From Catajapyx aquilonaris (Eukaryota): a DNA stretch of 64,000 nucleotides. This document shows positions 58,301 through 64,000 of this stretch, in pieces; position 1 is the stretch's first letter, and every line of letters begins with the position of its first letter. The position numbers were made by a program, and so were the translations under genes. The notes below the pieces were generated by a model that saw nothing but the letters and a program-made list of their open reading frames with translations, was not told the DNA's origin and made no database searches. The stretch lies in NCBI GenBank assembly GCA_000934665.2, contig JYFJ02001089.1, forward strand, positions 1 to 64,000. Direction: 5' to 3'.

Positions 58301-61300
58301 GCCTGGGCAGTGGTTGACGTCAGCGTTCAGGGACGTCCGTGTAGGACCGTAATCAGAGGTCAGAAGAGGAGGATGCGGTTAGAGCATCTGCAGGTTTCGT
58401 TTCATCAAGGGCCACTCCCGGAGAGATTGAGAGGCCTCCCAGGAAATTGAAGTGGGGACGGGCCAAACCGCAGGACTTGGCTCTTTTCAACCACACATCT
58501 TTGTGCCCTGGACCTTTAAGTGCACTCCTCTCGACACTCTATACAGGAACCAACTTTCCAGGACTCCAGACACGTTTCAAGGAAACTTGTTTCCAATTAA
58601 AAAGATTGGACCTTCCCGAATTATCCGGTTGGCAAGAGTTAATTTATGGCGTGCACTTTGTTTATAGATCAAGATGCGGTACATAGCAACCCCTGTACTT
58701 TAATCCTAAATTGATCTCGGTTCAGGGATTGTCAAAGGCACATCCCGCGAGGCGTCAGTTTGCAGCACAAATAATGTAATAGTCCGCATCAAAGGCGAGG
58801 GCCTCCCGTTTAAAACATCATCAAGTGTTAGCTAAAAGGCTTGGTTGTGCAAGAGGGCTTCAGGGCACTGGACATAATCAGGGGGGGCTGCAAAATTATT
58901 TGGCAACCATTTTTGGAAATCAGGTTTTTGGAGGGTATATACCGGAAATTGAATCACCGTTTTCCTGGCTGCATTTTGCGGCCAATAATTGCAGCGAGGT
59001 CAGCCTAAAGGAGTTATGCATGCAGTCGAATGATCTCATTTTGTCCGGCGAGAAGAGCGCTCATCAGCTTTCCCAAGGATGTGTATTTTCCAGGCTTTGT
59101 TTATTTTGCCCTCCCAGTTCTTGGGAGGGGGGGATCCCTCCATAATCGATTCTCTGGAAACTTCCCGGAGGCTGTATACTACCCATAATGAACTGGTATA
59201 ATTTGAAAACTGGATGGAAATTTTTTGGGGGGGCGCAAACAATGTTCAGAATTGTGATCTTACCCAATCAAACGGTTCCGCACAAAAATAGGTTGGGTAT
59301 CTATTAATTAATCGGGTTAATTCCGGGAAGAAATGATCGGCTTGGTGTGCAAAAGACATTTCGGATGATGAGATATGTCGTAGGCACAATGGCGGCCGAT
59401 AGTCATCCAATATCGGCCATTGAGGTGGATTTATTCTCCTTTTTTCCTGCCAAACCTTTTGCTTCCAGAATGATGACTTACGGTCCCCGGGTTGGATCCG
59501 TCGTAAAATGTCCACTAATTCAAGGGAAGTACGTTCCGCATCCGAAAGATATTTTAATAGCAAAACCGCCACGAGGGTTTACGACCCCCGCCATAAAACC
59601 AGCCTCAATTGTAATGCACTGCAGGTCTCTCTCGGCTGTCTTGTGTATATGGATACATCGAGCGCTGTTATTTGTAAGGAATAGCAACTGTGTAAATCGA
59701 TTTTGGAGCTTTGTCTGGAGGACCACGGAGAATTAGGAGGACGGTGCCTAATCCAGTTTGGACCCTCCGAACTAAGGAGGTTTGCTGGATGAGGAAGAGC
59801 GTGTGCCATTTAGGGTCTTGCAATGATTGGAGACGACGGTGCTGCTGCATCCTCAAAATATCACTTCCACTATGCGGATGTAGGACAAGTTTTCGACTCA
59901 TTTCCCAGCCGGTACATGCCCGCCTGTAATTTTCGGAAGTGGAAAATGCAAAGTGTGTTCGTTGGGTTGCATCATGTCAGGATGAAACAAAGTGCTTTGA
60001 AGTGGGGAAGAAAAGACGGCGAGGCTGCTTTGAATTCGCTTTTTTTTTGTCTGCACAATTCTTGGGCGTAATCCACTTGGCATTAGTCAACTTCGTAGAC
60101 ACCTGCTGCATTAAATATTGCAAAAGGCAGCAGCCTCTCTTGTACTGAGGGATTGAAAAATGCGGACAAAAGGAGTTCATTCTGGGCACATCGATTACGG
60201 TCATGGCGCCTTTCGAGAGACAAATTGCGATTGTTCCGGACACAATTGTTTTATACGCCCTCACCTTTTATGTTCCTCAGCTTGTGTCGCAGTTTGAGAG
60301 ATGAGTCTAAGTGAGCAAAAAGCACGTCCACCTAGGGCGACGCCATTTCGGTGGAAATTGTTTTGTTGAAGATAAGAGACGAGAGTTGAAGAAGAAAAAA
60401 AAACGGGTTGGTAGTTCTTTGGCGGAAGATCAATTTGCTGTAGTAAGGGCAAAAGGAAGACTTGGGAAATTGGATTGGACCTCTTGTAGAGATTCAATAT
60501 TGGCACAAGGAAAAGGGGTTGCTAGGGGTTGGAAAAAGGTAGCAACTGTGCTGTGGGGGGGAACATGCGCATAACGACCTGGAACTGTGTAAATGGAATG
60601 CAAATTAATCCGACCGCATGTCATAAAACATGACATTTTACTACAGTCACACATCAAACCCCTTTGTGGAAACGCCGCGTTTTATAATTAATGAGTGAAT
60701 TATAATAATTGCTATCGGCGATGGATTCATCACTGCAGATGTGCAGGGCTAATGTGAAATTTGGTAAAATGAGGCTGGATTTTGATAGAATGGTCTGTGT
60801 AGTGTTTGTTGTTTCCTCAAGTTCTTTGTTCACATTGGCTAATTGCGCCCTTTTTTTTTGCTTGCAGGTAATCGCCTTCATATGTGGGCTGATTGTGATT
60901 GTCCTGATGATCATGGCGCTGACCAGCACGGACTGGCTGATGGCAGCCGGCTGGAGGCAGGGGCTGTTTGTACACTGTTTAGATGCAGATGCACCGACTC
61001 CAAACCCACATGGATTCACAGGCGAACCAGGATGTCACAACTCAGACCAGTCCAGTAAGCGCATTGTGGAGAATTATACTGTACAGCCGTACTGATCTCA
61101 TTTTTGTTTGCAGCATATGTCATAGTGTCTGCAGTGCTGTGCAACGTGTGTCTGCTGGCTGACATCTTTGCCACCCTTTTGACTGGCCTGGGTCTCAGAA
61201 GTAATGATCCCAACAAAAAGTACACCTACTACAGGGTTGCTGTGTATATTATGGTCCTGGCATGTAAGTATGGGGGCCTCGTAATCATTCTGCCAGTATC

Positions 61301-61991
61301 TGATAATTCAAGATTAACCTAAGTTTTGCACGTACAACCAGTTATAATTCTACTCCTAGTGATGTGCCAGTTCAAAGGGTTTTATTATTTTATTATTTTA
61401 TGTGGTTATGATTAGAGCATAAGTGCAGGCTAGATGAAAAGCCAGGGTTTGCAAACAGCAAATATAACAGGCCTGGGAATTGTGTTGATTGACAGAGGGT
61501 ATTAGTTGTTTTTTTCATTCTAAACAAACATGGTTGTACATATGCATCATTTGCTTGTGGCCTCAATATTTTCAGCGGGTGGTGATTTCAATCGAGATGA
61601 AATTGGATTTGAATTGATGCAATGAAAAACAAATGGATAAACAGCAGATCTGGCAGTATTTGGTAACAATTAACTAAATGAAATTTAATCTTTTAGTGGT
61701 GTCCGTCCTCATCGCATTGGTTGTCTATCCAGTCTGCTTTGCCAACGACATTGCAGCAAGTACGTTATGCATTCCAGTACTCTCGCGGTTGTTATTTTGG
61801 AATTTTTCTAAAGTCAAATTTGTTTTTCAGGTAACCGCAGCGTTTGGGAGTTTGGATGGGCATATGGTGTGGGTTGGGGAGCTGCCATCTTCCTGTTTGG
61901 AGCAGTGATCTTGCTCCTGTGTGACAAGGAATCAGAGGAGATCTACTACAAAGAGAGGACAATCATTCATGATTCGGATCCTAAGGTGTAG
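25252..61991 (+). CDS. TMEM47: Transmembrane protein 47-like (VAB-9/TMEM47, PMP22/claudin family), core CDS 203 aa in 5 exons
   Basis: Exons 25252-25302 (acceptor at 25233), 60868-61054, 61114-61263, 61697-61759, 61831-61991, total 612 nt. MAPTTTIETITITRPLK|VIAFICG...WRQGLFVHC..C (claudin W-GLW-C-C-like motif), four hydrophobic helices, WEFGWAYGVGWGAAIFLFGA..LLLCDKESEEIYYKE. Confidence 0.93.
30446..31023 (-). mobile_element. Tc1/mariner-superfamily internal-deletion derivative with about 155-bp TIRs and a truncated transposase N-terminus
   Basis: TA|CAGGGTGGGCGAAAAGTCCCA...TGGGACTTTTCGCCCACCCTG|TA. TIRs at about 30446-30602 and 30868-31023 differ at about 8 positions. Internal minus ORF 30632-30838. 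Confidence 0.92.
30632..30838 (-). pseudogene. Truncated transposase HTH (DUF4817-like)
   Basis: MADTSGFTVEERLVATVWVH...FGKVPPRR...KKTFSMGNVKD resembles the N-terminal HTH of insect Tc1/mariner-like transposases; no DDD/E domain. Confidence 0.75.
31098..31726. mobile_element. pogo/Tigger-type MITE-like element, about 630 bp, TA TSD
   Basis: TA|CAGTAAAACTTCTACAAGTCGAA vs right end reverse complement TA|CAGTAAAACATCTATAAGTTGAA; repeated subterminal motif TTCGA(G/C)TTA(T/G). Confidence 0.82.
35623..35645. repeat. (GA)n microsatellite
   Basis: gagagagagagagagagagagag; a shorter (GA)n at 21717-21731 precedes the TMEM47 upstream exon. Confidence 0.8.
46440..46510 (+). promoter_or_regulatory. Candidate recursive splice site (ratchet point) plus 43-nt cryptic exon in the long TMEM47 intron
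   Basis: ttttgaatttctttcctttcAG|GTAAGG at 46461/46462; no AG in the preceding ~88 nt; downstream donor GCG|GTGAGG at 46504/46505. Confidence 0.7.
60868..61054 (+). CDS. TMEM47: TMEM47-like exon, TM1 and first extracellular loop
   Basis: VIAFICGLIVIVLMIMALTSTDWLMAAGWRQGLFVHC; ttgcttgcag| and A|GTAAGC. Confidence 0.95.
61114..61263 (+). CDS. TMEM47: TMEM47-like exon, TM2 to TM3
   Basis: YVIVSAVLC...LLTGLGLRSNDPNKKYTYYRVAVYIMVLA; phase 1-1. Confidence 0.95.
61697..61759 (+). CDS. TMEM47: TMEM47-like exon (LVSVLIALVVYPVCFANDIAA)
   Basis: ttttag| and A|GTACGT; ALVVYPVCF motif. Confidence 0.92.
61831..61991 (+). CDS. TMEM47: TMEM47-like last exon, TM4 and C-tail (SNRSVWEFGWAYGVGWG...DSDPKV*)
   Basis: tttttcag| phase 1; FGWAY motif; TAG at 61989-61991; this frame is not in the ORF track. 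Confidence 0.95.
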
Positions 61992-63218
61992 TGCGAGTGA
62001 AGCCCGACTTGTAATACTGACTCTCCAGCCAGTGCAACTGTGGTGGATGTAAAGTCCTAGGGGCATGCTGGCTGTCCCATAGTGAAAAAGTTTATGTGCT
62101 GGGAGAATGCAAGCCAAAAATTTTCATGTGGGTGGTGGTGTCGGCAGGTTGCTATCACCTGAACTTTTTCGAGTAGCACTGCTTTGTCCTAACTTTTTAG
62201 GTTCTTATCGCTCCCAGCACATTGAAGTCTATTGCACTCTAACCTTGTAATTTTATCAGTAGCAATTGGGTTTAAAATATTTGTGTATAACAACCAAAAA
62301 AGAAAGAAAATTGACAGTAGCGAGTATTTCCAAGAGTAGGTATGGGTTGGTGTTGTAGCTCTCACACACACAAGCTGTGTATACAGCTTCTGCACTAACT
62401 TTGCCTCCACTTCACAATTGCGATGATGAATAGATGAGCTAAAAGTGAGTGTGTGACGTCCGAAGCAGAAAGCAATTTATTACCTTTTGAGATGACCATC
62501 TTAGTTCTTATTGGCAAAAATTTACTATTATCAAGGTTTTTTGTCAATGTACTCGAGCTTTTTGGAGCAAGGCAAGCCAAAAAATACAGGAGAATTGTAA
62601 AGTGATCACTGCCTCTTGCAAACAGGTTGATGCGGTGTTGATTTTACTGGCTCTTACAGTGTGACTTATTTGGAAGTAGGTATTAATACAAATATTAGGC
62701 AATAATTGATCGACTCAGGCTTTGGAAGATGAGTTGGTGCTATGCGTGTCCATCCAACATTACGAGAGAGGGTTTTTATGCTCGGCAGCTAATAAGCAAG
62801 GAGGCAGTTAATTTTATTTTTTGCTTTCAAATTCGCTAATTTTTGAATGCTTAAATTTTTATATGGTTTTTTGTGATATTTTTGCAGCTCTCTTGGCAGC
62901 AATGCGCAACCTACAGGGAATTTTAGACATTCTTTTTTGCAAAGTGCGCCACTCAGGTCTTGATTTGTTTGATTGCTCCCTGTTGAATAATCTGCAGTTT
63001 ATTTTGTAGAAAGTGACATGAATGAGTGGTAAAAAGAGTGTTGTGGGATGATTAGTATGGAGGGTTTGGACAAACACACACGACCCATGCATACAGATGC
63101 TAAAGACAAATCCACATTTAAAAAAAGAGAGAAATGATAATTATAATAATCCAGACTGACAAACCATCCTAGTGCCTTTTTAAGTCGCTCTTTGAAACCA
63201 TGGATGTGGTTTCCTTGA

Positions 63219-63253
63219 TCAAAACACAGTTACACGACGTAACTGTGTTTTGA
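63219..63253. repeat. Perfect 15-bp inverted repeat with a 5-nt loop
   Basis: TCAAAACACAGTTAC-acgac-GTAACTGTGTTTTGA. Confidence 0.9.
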
Positions 63254-63803
63254 AAGCATTATTTTGTATTGGTATGTAGCCCCTCTAATCCTAACCCACA
63301 CCCTTTACGTACCAATGACATTGTGGTTGGTAAGTGCACTTTAAACTCCTTCACGTCCCATCAGTCATGTGCACATAGGTCGAGTATATCATTCAAAAAA
63401 ATAATAATATTGAAAGCTAAAAAAGTAAAAAAAAAATATCAGCGCCCATTATCATGTGTTGTGATGTGAAGTTATCATTAGTGAGTAATGGAGTGGACTA
63501 TTGGTGATTGTGCAAGTGTGTTTTATGTTTCGACTTCTTCTTCCTAGCAGAATACTAATCATAGCCGAATTCTAGGCTCAATCGATAATCATGACTAGAG
63601 GAGATTTTGTGGTAGGGTTCACATGAAAACCATTTTGATGGTCATCTCTTTTTGGCTGCTCTTTTGCCTAAGGTAGACTCTTTGGCATTTCTCTTCATTC
63701 ATGAAATGCCTCTCAAATTACACTCTAATTCTAGTCATGTCAGTGTGTAGAACAATGCTTTTTGCGAGAAAAGAAACAAAAAAAAACAAAACAAAGGACT
63801 CAC

Positions 63804-63989
63804 CTTTTGCATGCCAACCAAAAGTTGATGGTCACCTTTTGCATCAATGTGTTCTGAGAGTCCGTCTTTGTTAATTTTATACAGACTAAATAAGTATCGT
63901 ATCTGATGAATTGCCAACAGTAGCTTTAGGAATGTTTGTGATCGTTTTATTAAGCCACTAAGGGGGCTCACAGCTTCCACATACAAACA
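63804..63989 (-). CDS. Possible exon of a neighbouring minus-strand gene, or a TE remnant; product unknown
   Basis: aatttag| acceptor and AAG|GTGAGT donor bracket a 62-codon phase 0-0 open frame (CLYVEAVSPL...LVGMQK); no downstream in-frame exon found. Confidence 0.3.
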
Positions 63990-64000
63990 CTAAATTAATA

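Noticed and set aside
25303..60867. Nested protein-coding gene within the TMEM47 intron
   Set aside because: The many 60-136 aa ORFs lack recognisable domains or consistent exon chains, apart from the transposase remnant; small exons cannot be excluded by eye
1..64000. CRISPR arrays, operons, prokaryotic defence systems, tRNA/rRNA genes
   Set aside because: The sequence is eukaryotic with spliceosomal introns; no repeat-spacer arrays or structured RNA genes were recognised

Overview
Eukaryotic, arthropod/insect-like genomic DNA with GT-AG introns, many of them only 53-72 nt. It holds two intron-containing genes, both on the + strand. (1) An ARHGEF10-family Rho guanine-nucleotide exchange factor: 16 coding exons, 1770-19678, about 1739 aa, with a long disordered N-terminus, DH and PH domains, and a C-terminal beta-propeller region. 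It has candidate alternative first exons near 8.9-9.3 kb. (2) A TMEM47/VAB-9-like claudin-family tetraspan gene: the core CDS is 25252-61991 (203 aa), with two candidate in-frame upstream exons at 21761 and 23883. Its CDS is split by a 35,565-nt intron. That intron contains a textbook-looking recursive-splicing ratchet point (polypyrimidine tract, CAG|GTAAGG at 46461/46462) followed by a 43-nt cryptic exon, which is the most interesting signal in the window. DNA-transposon derivatives include two adjacent pairs of Tc1/mariner-type and pogo-type MITE-like elements (20.9-21.6 kb and 30.4-31.7 kb), one retaining a DUF4817-like transposase N-terminus, and a hAT end at the window start. There are also degenerate TE-like fragments and a few hairpins. 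I saw no tRNA, rRNA or CRISPR. All family calls come from recognising sequence by eye, not from database searches.
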